Both the position numbers and the translations under genes were made by a program. Of a stretch of 13,229 nt of DNA, positions 1 through 7,693 are shown in pieces (position 1 is the stretch's first letter; every line of letters starts with the position of its first letter). Source of the stretch: Nitrospinota bacterium. GTDB lineage: Bacteria > Nitrospinota > Nitrospinia > Nitrospinales > VA-1. The stretch is taken from NCBI GenBank assembly GCA_038108555.1, contig JAYNIA010000061.1, forward strand, positions 1-13,229, in the 5' to 3' direction. A model generated the notes under the pieces. The model was given only the letters and a program-made list of their open reading frames with translations. It was not told where the DNA came from and did no database searches.

Positions 1-464
1 TGGGAGGACTCAAAAAATTACGATTCAGCCTGCGTGCAGATGTTTATTCTGGAGATGACGACCCCAATGATTCTGATTTAAATTCATTCAACCCATTCTT
101 TCCCAAAGGGAAGCATATCAGTCAGCTTGCTGCAACGGGGCTTATTAACCAGCGCGATTTGCACCCTAGAATTGATTTTACCCTGGACGAGCATTGGTCT
201 CTAACCACAAGCACACTATTTATTTGGCGGGACAGCCTGGATGATGGAATTTATTCCATTGCCAATGGAGTTTTAAGAAGTGGTTCCACAAGCCGGGCCC
301 GCTATGTTGGGACTCAGCCCGAACTGGAGGTTACATACCGTTTTAATCGGCATCTGGATTTAAAAGGAATATTTGTCTACTTCCGGGCAGGAAAATTTAT
401 TGAACAAACGACAAACGGTTCTGATATCAATTATCTTGGTACCATGCTCACCTTTAGGTTTTAA
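1..464 (+). CDS. Alginate export (AlgE-like) family outer-membrane beta-barrel protein, 5'-truncated by the window edge
   Basis: The frame of ORF 159..464 is open back to position 3 (GGLKKLRFSLRADVYSGDDDPNDSDLNSFNPFFPKG...). The SGD-x-DP-x-D...FNP-x-FP motif is typical of alginate-export-family barrels. Alternating aromatic/hydrophobic strands end in a C-terminal Phe (LTFRF), the BAM signal. Confidence 0.75.
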   Translation, partial: GGLKKLRFSLRADVYSGDDDPNDSDLNSFNPFFPKGKHISQLAATGLINQRDLHPRIDFTLDEHWSLTTSTLFIWRDSLDDGIYSIANGVLRSGSTSRARYVGTQPELEVTYRFNRHLDLKGIFVYFRAGKFIEQTTNGSDINYLGTMLTFRF

Positions 465-471
465 GATCTTA

Positions 472-798
472 TTAGGAATCAAAATGATCGGGTCGAAGTA
501 CACTGGCATTTGTTACGAATAGACTTCCAGAGTGCCTCTCTAAAAATGGTTTTAAGCCCGATAAAATGGGATCCAGTTTTTCTTCAGGAACCACGGTTAG
601 AATTACTTGCAAGCTACTGGTATCGTTAAACATCATATGTCCTTCGTGAAACCCTCCATGCCCTTTTCCGGATATGTTCTTGAAAATGGTATAACCGCTG
701 GCTTTTATCCGGTCTAAAACATCAGTCACAAAATGAAGGTGTTCACCTTCAATGATGATCTTGATTTCTTTCATTGGGTGAAGTTTTAATTCGCTCAT
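472..798 (-). CDS. SbtB-like P-II superfamily signal transduction protein
   Basis: 108 aa with P-II fold signatures (MKEIKIII...GYTI...SGKGHGG...G-x-LFV) and an SbtB-like C-terminus (VLRPDHF). It lacks the canonical GlnB/GlnK T-loop Tyr motif. GGAG RBS directly follows the dabA stop (15 nt gap). Confidence 0.8.
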   Translation of the reverse strand: MSELKLHPMKEIKIIIEGEHLHFVTDVLDRIKASGYTIFKNISGKGHGGFHEGHMMFNDTSSLQVILTVVPEEKLDPILSGLKPFLERHSGSLFVTNASVLRPDHFDS

Positions 799-813
799 AA
801 TTTTATATACTCC

Positions 814-3800
814 TCAAATTGATTTAATGGCTTGCCAATTATTTGGATATTGGAAGAGGAAAAAGTCCATATTTTCAGGGTCCAGAGAGACAATATGGAG
901 CCATTGATTTCTTGTTAATTCCTGCAAAATGGTATGCCGGGATATAATAGTGTTAATCATTTCTCTCGGAGACTCTATTATAACAAATAAGCGCATGGGT
1001 TCATGATATGGTTTCTCTCCATCCATAACGGTCTGTATGGGTAGGCCAACGCACAGATCGCTTTGGGTGCCAAACATGACTCCGACATTACCCACCACAT
1101 TATGATACGCTTTGCTTCCCGCCCCGTAGGCATTAAGGTCAACTGTAGAAAAATAGTGCTCCATGTTGATCCATTGTCCAACGATCATTGGAGCGGTCAT
1201 AATAATCTCCAAATAGTCTCCTGTAGGATCTTTAGAATAATCATAGGAATGTAAAAAAGTACGACCTTCCAGGTTTATCCCCTGGGTTAGTGCTCTTCTT
1301 CCCGCTATAAAAGCCGTATGTCGGGAAAGCCCCCATTCCGGTCGAACCTGGGACCAATCTATACTTCGTATTTTTGCCCGACTCAATGCATTAAAGGCTC
1401 CAATCATTTCCGGCTCATCGGGCATGCGAGCCAGCCGTTCCGCGCTATTTTTCTCGCCGGCTTCTTTAAGATCTCGTTGGAGTCTGATTAGATCTTTTCG
1501 ATGGGTTGCTGGAACGTTTTCCAAGTCGAAAAGTTCCACTTCATCTGTTGTGGTGTCATGTTGTCCCGGAATGAAATGCGTGTCGGATGGAATCACCAAT
1601 CCTTTTTCTGCTAAAAGTGCCCTTACATCCGGCTTGTTAGCCATGAGGGCAAGAGCCCGTGAGTTTGAATGCCCGTGGTTGCCACCGCAAGCCCCACAAT
1701 CGAGGGCAGATTCGAAGGGGTTGTTGTCTGAAGTGCTACCGTGGCCACAAAGAAGGATGAGCCGGGCAAATGTCTTGAATCCTAAAATCCTTAATGCCGC
1801 TTCAACATAATTAACCTGTTCTTCAACGGTGAACCCGGTCAGGGTTATTTTCTGCATTTGACGGTCTGTGTCTCGCTCGTTTACATTATGTTCCTGCCTT
1901 AGCAATTTAATAAATTGTTCCAGATCTGCCTGGTTCCAATGTAATAATTGATTCAGGTCATTAATTTCAGGGCTGTCGACTGGAACCTTATCCATTGCCA
2001 ACTTTCGCAGATGCTCAACCTGCTCATGGGACACAGAAGACCCTAAAGGACCATATTGATCAATCAAAAGCCTGTAGATGGTTGCCCGGTGTTTAGAGGC
2101 CACCATTTCATGAGCTTCTTCCTTTTGAATCTTGTCTACCGTCAAGGTAGTGCTCAATGGGATAGTAAACCGATCTTTTATCCATGAAATAGCTTTTTTG
2201 AAAAATTTCGGTCGTAATGTTTGTCCAAATAGTCTGAATCCAAAAAACCAACCGATCGCCTCAACCATGATATAGGGCGTAATCACGTTTTCTTTTAAAT
2301 CGTGCAGGAGTGTGTGGCCCGCCTTGGCGATTTGTTGGCCCTCTAAAAATTCTTCAGCCGCTTTGGCTTGATAAGCTCGGGGAATTTCTTTTATTACGTG
2401 ATTGGGTTTTAAGAGAACAGGGCATTGGTCTGTTCGGCAATCACTGGAAAACTCCGAGAAACTAATAGGAACTCCAAAAAAACCTGCGAATCCAAACGTT
2501 TCATTTCCGCCGATCTCTTCAAGGTTTCTTCTAAAACACTCAGACCGGACGTCAATACAGAAAATCGATTGGGAAAGAGGTCGTGATTCTAAAGGTTTTT
2601 CCTCAGAAGCATCAATCTTTTTCAGTTTCTCAATATTTGTATCAAACTTTTTAATGAATTCTTTTATGAAGCTAGACTCTAAGGCCTTCAGCCAAACGGG
2701 TCCATGCTTTGATTCAGGAAACTCTTCCAGCCAACCCAGCAAAATTTCTAATGGAGCCGGTCCGCTTTTTATAATCTCTTGTACCCTCAGGTCCAAAGAT
2801 TTTGCTATGTGCAAAACAACGAGGGTTTGAACAGCAACTTCCTGTCGACTCCGAATTTGTTGCCACTTCGAACTCAGTCCAGATGCGGATTGGTTTAGGT
2901 CGTTGATAGGTAGGGGTTCCTGATTGAAAACCGATAAATCCATATCATCTTCAATTTCCTCTGGTAAACCCCTACTTTGGAAATCTTTATATAGACCATA
3001 ACCCATCGAAAAACTTTTCAAGTAAGCTTGTATAGATTTATAAGATCCGGGAATACCCAATTTGGCGCGGCACATCAGGTCAACCAGTTCTTTTTCATAA
3101 AAAATGCGTACAGCCATGTATTCTACAAGATCGATTGGAAAAGCGTTTTGCCATTCATAGTCGACTTGTTCGGAGCGCCATTTGAGAAACCCTGTCCATC
3201 CCGCCAATTGAGCTAAATGTAAGGAGAAATAGTCTATCCATAGGTTTTTGGGAATGGACATAAAGGACATACATTCCAGAATGGCGTCTTCTGGTTTTTC
3301 AGATAAATTTCTTATTTTGTTTTTCCAGTCCGGGATGCCTAACAAGGAACCGGAATTATCTTGCAGGGCCAGCTCTTTCCAGTTTCCGTAAAAGGTTTTT
3401 TCCCGATATGGCATAGACCAGTGGGCATGCCCCTCATCGAGAAACCCGCTGATCCATTTGATTACCTCGTTATTAATTTGACTTTGAACTGTCGTTCCCA
3501 GAGATTGGTCGCACCATTCACCCAGAGTATATTTTGTTGCCAAGTCATCACTCTCGCGGTTTGCAAAATCCTTTAAAGATTCTTTTTTCTCATTGATTTT
3601 GTTTAAACCTTGAATGATCTCAATCAAGCCTTTTATTTCTGATTGATTTGGTGAGGATTGTAAAATGGTTGCAGCTATATCCTTGGCCACATCTCCTGTG
3701 CCATTTATAATAATGGCTTTTAAGAATTCCAGATGAGAAACTTCTTCGTCCCCAAAGGCGATAGTCGCTTCTTTAGATATTTTTTTTAAGGCACCATTTA

Positions 3801-4068
3801 GAGCTTCTTCGGTTATTCGGCCTTGTTTGTAATAGATCCGGTTTTCTTTGTTTTGAAGGTATCCGGTCCCTCTAAAAAACCGGTCAGCCTCTTTAATTGC
3901 GTCTTCAAAATGTAAACGTTCCAACCCGTGAAGGGGGTTGTGGTGGATAAACGTTTTCATTGGCCAATAATGAGAAACGGGTTCACCTGCCAGATTTACG
4001 AAAGATCGCAATTCTATGCGCTGTGATTCCGTCGGCGTCTCAGTTTTTGTATCTTCGAGGGTAGCCAT
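814..4068 (-). CDS. dabA: Inorganic carbon transporter soluble subunit DabA (DUF2309/UPF0753, MpsB-like)
   Basis: 1084 aa with family motifs WPMKTFIHHNPLHGLE, FCIDVRSE, TFGFAGFFG, LCGHGS, LDCGACGG, DWSQVRPEWGL, FLHSYD, INMEHYFS and HEPMRL. The predicted Zn ligands Cys/Asp/His/Cys are intact. Confidence 0.95.
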   Translation of the reverse strand: MATLEDTKTETPTESQRIELRSFVNLAGEPVSHYWPMKTFIHHNPLHGLERLHFEDAIKEADRFFRGTGYLQNKENRIYYKQGRITEEALNGALKKISKEATIAFGDEEVSHLEFLKAIIINGTGDVAKDIAATILQSSPNQSEIKGLIEIIQGLNKINEKKESLKDFANRESDDLATKYTLGEWCDQSLGTTVQSQINNEVIKWISGFLDEGHAHWSMPYREKTFYGNWKELALQDNSGSLLGIPDWKNKIRNLSEKPEDAILECMSFMSIPKNLWIDYFSLHLAQLAGWTGFLKWRSEQVDYEWQNAFPIDLVEYMAVRIFYEKELVDLMCRAKLGIPGSYKSIQAYLKSFSMGYGLYKDFQSRGLPEEIEDDMDLSVFNQEPLPINDLNQSASGLSSKWQQIRSRQEVAVQTLVVLHIAKSLDLRVQEIIKSGPAPLEILLGWLEEFPESKHGPVWLKALESSFIKEFIKKFDTNIEKLKKIDASEEKPLESRPLSQSIFCIDVRSECFRRNLEEIGGNETFGFAGFFGVPISFSEFSSDCRTDQCPVLLKPNHVIKEIPRAYQAKAAEEFLEGQQIAKAGHTLLHDLKENVITPYIMVEAIGWFFGFRLFGQTLRPKFFKKAISWIKDRFTIPLSTTLTVDKIQKEEAHEMVASKHRATIYRLLIDQYGPLGSSVSHEQVEHLRKLAMDKVPVDSPEINDLNQLLHWNQADLEQFIKLLRQEHNVNERDTDRQMQKITLTGFTVEEQVNYVEAALRILGFKTFARLILLCGHGSTSDNNPFESALDCGACGGNHGHSNSRALALMANKPDVRALLAEKGLVIPSDTHFIPGQHDTTTDEVELFDLENVPATHRKDLIRLQRDLKEAGEKNSAERLARMPDEPEMIGAFNALSRAKIRSIDWSQVRPEWGLSRHTAFIAGRRALTQGINLEGRTFLHSYDYSKDPTGDYLEIIMTAPMIVGQWINMEHYFSTVDLNAYGAGSKAYHNVVGNVGVMFGTQSDLCVGLPIQTVMDGEKPYHEPMRLFVIIESPREMINTIISRHTILQELTRNQWLHIVSLDPENMDFFLFQYPNNWQAIKSI

Positions 4069-4110
4069 TTTTTTGCCCTAAGTTTTCCTGGTAGTTAAAC
4101 CATTAACGCG

Positions 4111-5340
4111 TTAATAAAGTATTCCGCTATAACCCGCGCCTAAGATTAGTATTATTACCGCAGTGAATTCAGTTAATCGTAAATCGGAATAAGGCACATC
4201 CGTACGAGTTTCACCGAAAGCTGTTTGGTGAAGCATTTGCATAAAAAACCATCCACCGCCTAACCAAACTGCAAGAAATATTAAAAATATTTTGATGAAA
4301 TTAATATCTACTGTTTCGATTGTTGGCATTCCCGACAAGCCCGTAAAAGTAGGAACCATTGGTAGAAACAGAGCCAAGCCAACAAGAAGAACCATAACCG
4401 TTCCAAACCGAGGCATGGGTGTCGCAAGCCCGGGAAGCTTTCCAATGGATTGCCAACCATAACGCATTCTAACGAAAGAAAATGCCAGATTGATACCGCC
4501 CAGTATGAATGCAACTGCTACCCCAAAGGCAATTCCCCATTTGGGAAAATTCGGAAAAATATTAAGTAAGCCCCAGATGACCGATACGTGCGCCACTGTA
4601 GCTGCGGCAATGAATAGGTTTGCCTTCTTTTGCCCCAAGGCTGCCATCGCAGCGTAGAATGCGGTTATCAGGGCAAGGAAACCAACATAAAATAATGAAT
4701 CTGTCGCAAGCGATGGGTAAATCAGGTTTAACTCCGCCAAGCCAATGGCCAGCCAGACTACCATCCAAAGACTAGAGAGAGCTCCTTTAGCATTTTCTAC
4801 CATTCCCACAAATGGAAGATGAAAAGGCACTAAGGGTAAGAAAGTGACTGCCAGGAAAAAACCTGAAAGTAATTTGACCGAGTCGCTTCCCATAGCCGAG
4901 CTTAGGGAAAGAACGATGGCAAACAAAAAATGGATAAGAGTTAGAGTTTTACGAAAGGAGCGTCTCATTTCCTGTGCAATTGAAAACGCTGCATAACCCA
5001 GAAATAGACAGAGAAAAAATCGGCCCACAAATCCCTGTCCCAGCAAAGTACCCAGGGTCAACCCCAAAGTGATCATGCTTGAGGAACCAAACTCTGAGGT
5101 CTGCTGTGATCTATCCTGACTAATCAGGACACAAAACCCTGCAATAAGGACGGCACAGGCTAGAAAATTTGTTGGTGGATTGATGTCGACAAAAATGACC
5201 AGGAACACACCGACAATGGAAATCGCCCCAAGACTCAAAGTTTTTAAGTTCGAGAACGAGATTTTCGCAAGAACCCCTGCTACCCCGATGAAAAATGGAA
5301 TCAGGGCTAGACTAATTGAAAGAAAGTTTTGATTTTCCAT
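4111..5340 (-). CDS. Divergent NuoM/MrpD-like antiporter-family membrane protein (accessory subunit of the DAB locus)
   Basis: 409 aa, very hydrophobic, with remnant NuoM motifs PLVPFHLP, VAHVS, GKLPGLATPMPRF, LFLPMVPTFTG and DLRLTE. Its ATG lies 2 nt after the dabB stop (TAA-TA-ATG). Confidence 0.8.
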   Translation of the reverse strand: MENQNFLSISLALIPFFIGVAGVLAKISFSNLKTLSLGAISIVGVFLVIFVDINPPTNFLACAVLIAGFCVLISQDRSQQTSEFGSSSMITLGLTLGTLLGQGFVGRFFLCLFLGYAAFSIAQEMRRSFRKTLTLIHFLFAIVLSLSSAMGSDSVKLLSGFFLAVTFLPLVPFHLPFVGMVENAKGALSSLWMVVWLAIGLAELNLIYPSLATDSLFYVGFLALITAFYAAMAALGQKKANLFIAAATVAHVSVIWGLLNIFPNFPKWGIAFGVAVAFILGGINLAFSFVRMRYGWQSIGKLPGLATPMPRFGTVMVLLVGLALFLPMVPTFTGLSGMPTIETVDINFIKIFLIFLAVWLGGGWFFMQMLHQTAFGETRTDVPYSDLRLTEFTAVIILILGAGYSGILY

Positions 5341-5342
5341 TA

Positions 5343-7058
5343 TTAGAAACGATGGGCTACCTTTTGAGCCAGACGTAAAATGTTATTGTTCCAGCGGGCA
5401 TAAATACGATCTATATAAAATCGATTGATTAAGATAATGTACATATGTTTTCTAATTGAAGCCAGCCAATCGGTTATAAATACTTTTTGCCCTTTGGCGT
5501 TGGTATAAACAACAAACCAACCAAATAAAATGAGAATGGTAGATATTAAAATAATTATGTCGAAGACTAATGGAGGGAAAGCAGCGGCCATAAAGTAACC
5601 ATCCGCTTCTCCCGGTCCCGGGTAGAGGAAATGTGTGAACTCTTCACCGGCCCAAAGATAGACAAACCCTATAAAGAATAAAGCTCCAATCATGGTACAT
5701 GCCACTTTCCAGGAATCCACCGCCTGTAATCTATATAGACTGAACATGACCTGAGATGCGGTTACCCACATAAAAAACAGGAAAATGACGGCTCCATGAG
5801 CATCTTGTAAATGTATGTCGAGAATATCATGGGCGACCATAAGGATTATCAAGGGCATCATCAATGTGATTCCCAAACCGGTTGCCCAGGTTAGTTGTGA
5901 TGAGGACTCCCCATTCTCATGCTTGGGTGCGTGATCGTGATCGTGGGAATGCGGGTTTTTGGGTTCTTCCCGGGATTTATGAATACCTGTTCCAGCGCCT
6001 AAAAATAAGGACGCTTTAAAAAAGCCATGTGCGATCAAGTGGAAGATAGCCAAAGCAAACGCGCCCAGTCCGCATTCCATGATCATATATCCCATTTGGG
6101 CAACAGTTGAAAAACCCAAAGTTTTCTTAATATCATTTTGCACCAGCATCATAGAGGCACCCATCAAGACGGTCAGAACACCTATAAAGAAAACAAAGTG
6201 AAGTGTTGAGGGCGATAATGCATAAAAAGGAGCCAGTCGGTTCAGTAAAAAACCTCCGGCATTGATAATGCCAGCGTGCATAAGGGCTGAGACAGGAGTG
6301 GGGGAATCCATAGTGTCGGGCAGCCATACATGTAACGGGAATTGTGATGATTTGGCTATTGCACCCACAAAAATGGAAAGTCCTATCAAGGTAATAACAT
6401 TTACTTCAAGAGCATTCCCTGGAAGCAGAGAAACCGTGCGGGCATTATCTGCCGCCGCCTGGAAGAGTTCTGAGAACTCCAAGGTTCCAAAATATTTGTA
6501 GGCAAGAAAAATTCCAAAGAGAAAGCCCACATCCCCAATACGATGTATGAAAAAGGATTTGAAACCATTCCGACATGCATCAGGGTGGGAGTAATTAAAG
6601 TTCAGAAGAAGGTATAGCGCCAAACCCAGCAACTGCCAGAAAATAAACAGCATGAGTAAATTGGGGCTGGAAACCAGAGCGAGAATTACAAAGGTCAGAA
6701 AACTTAGAAGCCCAAAAAAACGAGTGTAACCGGGATCGCCCTCCAGATACCTTACGGAGTAGGTATTAATGACAACGCTGACACTTGTGATCAACATCAT
6801 CATCACTGCGGTGAGCCGGTCAACCAACATTCCTGCCTTAAACAGGGAGGCCCCTTCATAATCTAATGTCCATAAATCAAAATGGACCGTTCCATGGGAA
6901 CTAATATGATAAAGATTCCATACGGCCAGAAAGGCGGATGCCCAGGCACCAGTGACCCCTACTTTCGCCACATGGACATTTGCCATGTGGTTTCCGAAGA
7001 GCCAAATGTATACTCCCGCTAGCAGAGGGAAAAGGAGAATAAGAATTGGGGTTATCAT
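5343..7058 (-). CDS. dabB: Inorganic carbon transporter membrane subunit DabB (NuoL/ND5-like, MpsA-like)
   Basis: 571 aa with DRLTAVM, RIGDVG, AKSSQFPLHVWLPDTMDSPTPVSALMHAG, DIKKTLGFST and FHLIAHGFFKASLFL motifs. It is in an operon with DUF2309 and no other nuo genes are present. Confidence 0.9.
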   Translation of the reverse strand: MITPILILLFPLLAGVYIWLFGNHMANVHVAKVGVTGAWASAFLAVWNLYHISSHGTVHFDLWTLDYEGASLFKAGMLVDRLTAVMMMLITSVSVVINTYSVRYLEGDPGYTRFFGLLSFLTFVILALVSSPNLLMLFIFWQLLGLALYLLLNFNYSHPDACRNGFKSFFIHRIGDVGFLFGIFLAYKYFGTLEFSELFQAAADNARTVSLLPGNALEVNVITLIGLSIFVGAIAKSSQFPLHVWLPDTMDSPTPVSALMHAGIINAGGFLLNRLAPFYALSPSTLHFVFFIGVLTVLMGASMMLVQNDIKKTLGFSTVAQMGYMIMECGLGAFALAIFHLIAHGFFKASLFLGAGTGIHKSREEPKNPHSHDHDHAPKHENGESSSQLTWATGLGITLMMPLIILMVAHDILDIHLQDAHGAVIFLFFMWVTASQVMFSLYRLQAVDSWKVACTMIGALFFIGFVYLWAGEEFTHFLYPGPGEADGYFMAAAFPPLVFDIIILISTILILFGWFVVYTNAKGQKVFITDWLASIRKHMYIILINRFYIDRIYARWNNNILRLAQKVAHRF

Positions 7059-7103
7059 AAGATGGGTAGATCCATTGGCTAAAATAGATTATCGGTTTCC
7101 CTC

Positions 7104-7123
7104 TTTGTAACTTTGATTACAAA
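7104..7123. promoter_or_regulatory. Palindromic candidate operator TTTGTAA-N6-TTACAAA upstream of dabB
   Basis: Perfect 7-bp inverted repeat with a 6-nt spacer, about 45 nt upstream of the dabB ATG. The geometry is CRP/FNR-like and contains GTA-N8-TAC. Confidence 0.4.
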
Positions 7124-7187
7124 TGTTTCTAAAGGTTGCAAAAACTTTATCAGCTGTCATAAAAACCTCGGGTAATTAATTATAAAT

Positions 7188-7484
7188 TTAACCCTTATTA
7201 ATTAACTGTATCAGGTCATGAACCTGTCTATGGTTTTCAATATCATGCCGCAAAGGTTTATGGCTAAAAACTTTGTATACATTCCTTCTGCCATCACGAA
7301 TGTGTTCCAAGTAACCTTCTGTTTCCAGCTCTACAATAATGCGCTGAATTGCCCGTTCCGTGATACCCACTTCTTGGGCCAGGTCACGAATGCGTTCAGA
7401 CGGATTCTTTGCCAGTAGCATCAAGACATGTGCATGATTAGTTAAAAAAGTCCATGATGATGAAGTGATTTTACTGGTGCTCAT
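7188..7484 (-). CDS. Winged helix-turn-helix (MarR/ArsR-like) transcriptional regulator
   Basis: 98 aa with WTFLTNHAHVL N-terminus, HTH (RIRDLAQEVGITERAIQRIIVEL) and wing (RDGRRNVY). First gene of the DAB cluster. Confidence 0.85.
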   Translation of the reverse strand: MSTSKITSSSWTFLTNHAHVLMLLAKNPSERIRDLAQEVGITERAIQRIIVELETEGYLEHIRDGRRNVYKVFSHKPLRHDIENHRQVHDLIQLINKG

Positions 7485-7553
7485 CCGTGTTTATTTTCAG
7501 AAGAAGAAATTGTTTAAAAAAGTTTCACCGTCCCTCCAAAAAACATGGGAAAA

Positions 7554-7583
7554 ACAATACACGAAATAGATTTCATATGTCAA
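7554..7583 (-). promoter_or_regulatory. Sigma-70-type promoter of the regulator/DAB operon, with a palindrome in the spacer
   Basis: Minus strand reads TTGACA (7583-7578), 18 nt, TATTGT (7559-7554). The spacer contains the dyad GAAAT-CT-ATTTC. Confidence 0.6.
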
Positions 7584-7639
7584 CGAATAATTTTTCCAGG
7601 TTCTGTTTGGAGGGGGGAATGTGGTCAATTTATTTTGGC

Positions 7640-7672
7640 AAAAAAAAAGGGCCTCACAAGAAGTGAGGCCCT
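7640..7672 (-). terminator. Rho-independent terminator downstream of the porin gene
   Basis: Perfect 10-bp stem AGGGCCTCAC/GTGAGGCCCT with a 5-nt loop, followed on the minus strand by a T run (A run at 7640-7648 on +). It lies about 20 nt after the porin stop. Confidence 0.9.
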
Positions 7673-7693
7673 GATGAGGTTTTGAATTAAAAC

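Noticed and set aside
978..3576. Short ORFs overlapping dabA (978-1181, 1063-1254, 1424-1810, 2402-2830, 3028-3216, 3361-3576)
   Set aside because: Antisense or alternate-frame shadows of a well-supported gene, with no recognisable motifs.
4111..7058. Reading the two membrane genes as respiratory complex I nuoL/nuoM or an Mrp antiporter
   Set aside because: No other nuo or mrp subunits are adjacent, they are linked to DUF2309, and key charged residues are altered.
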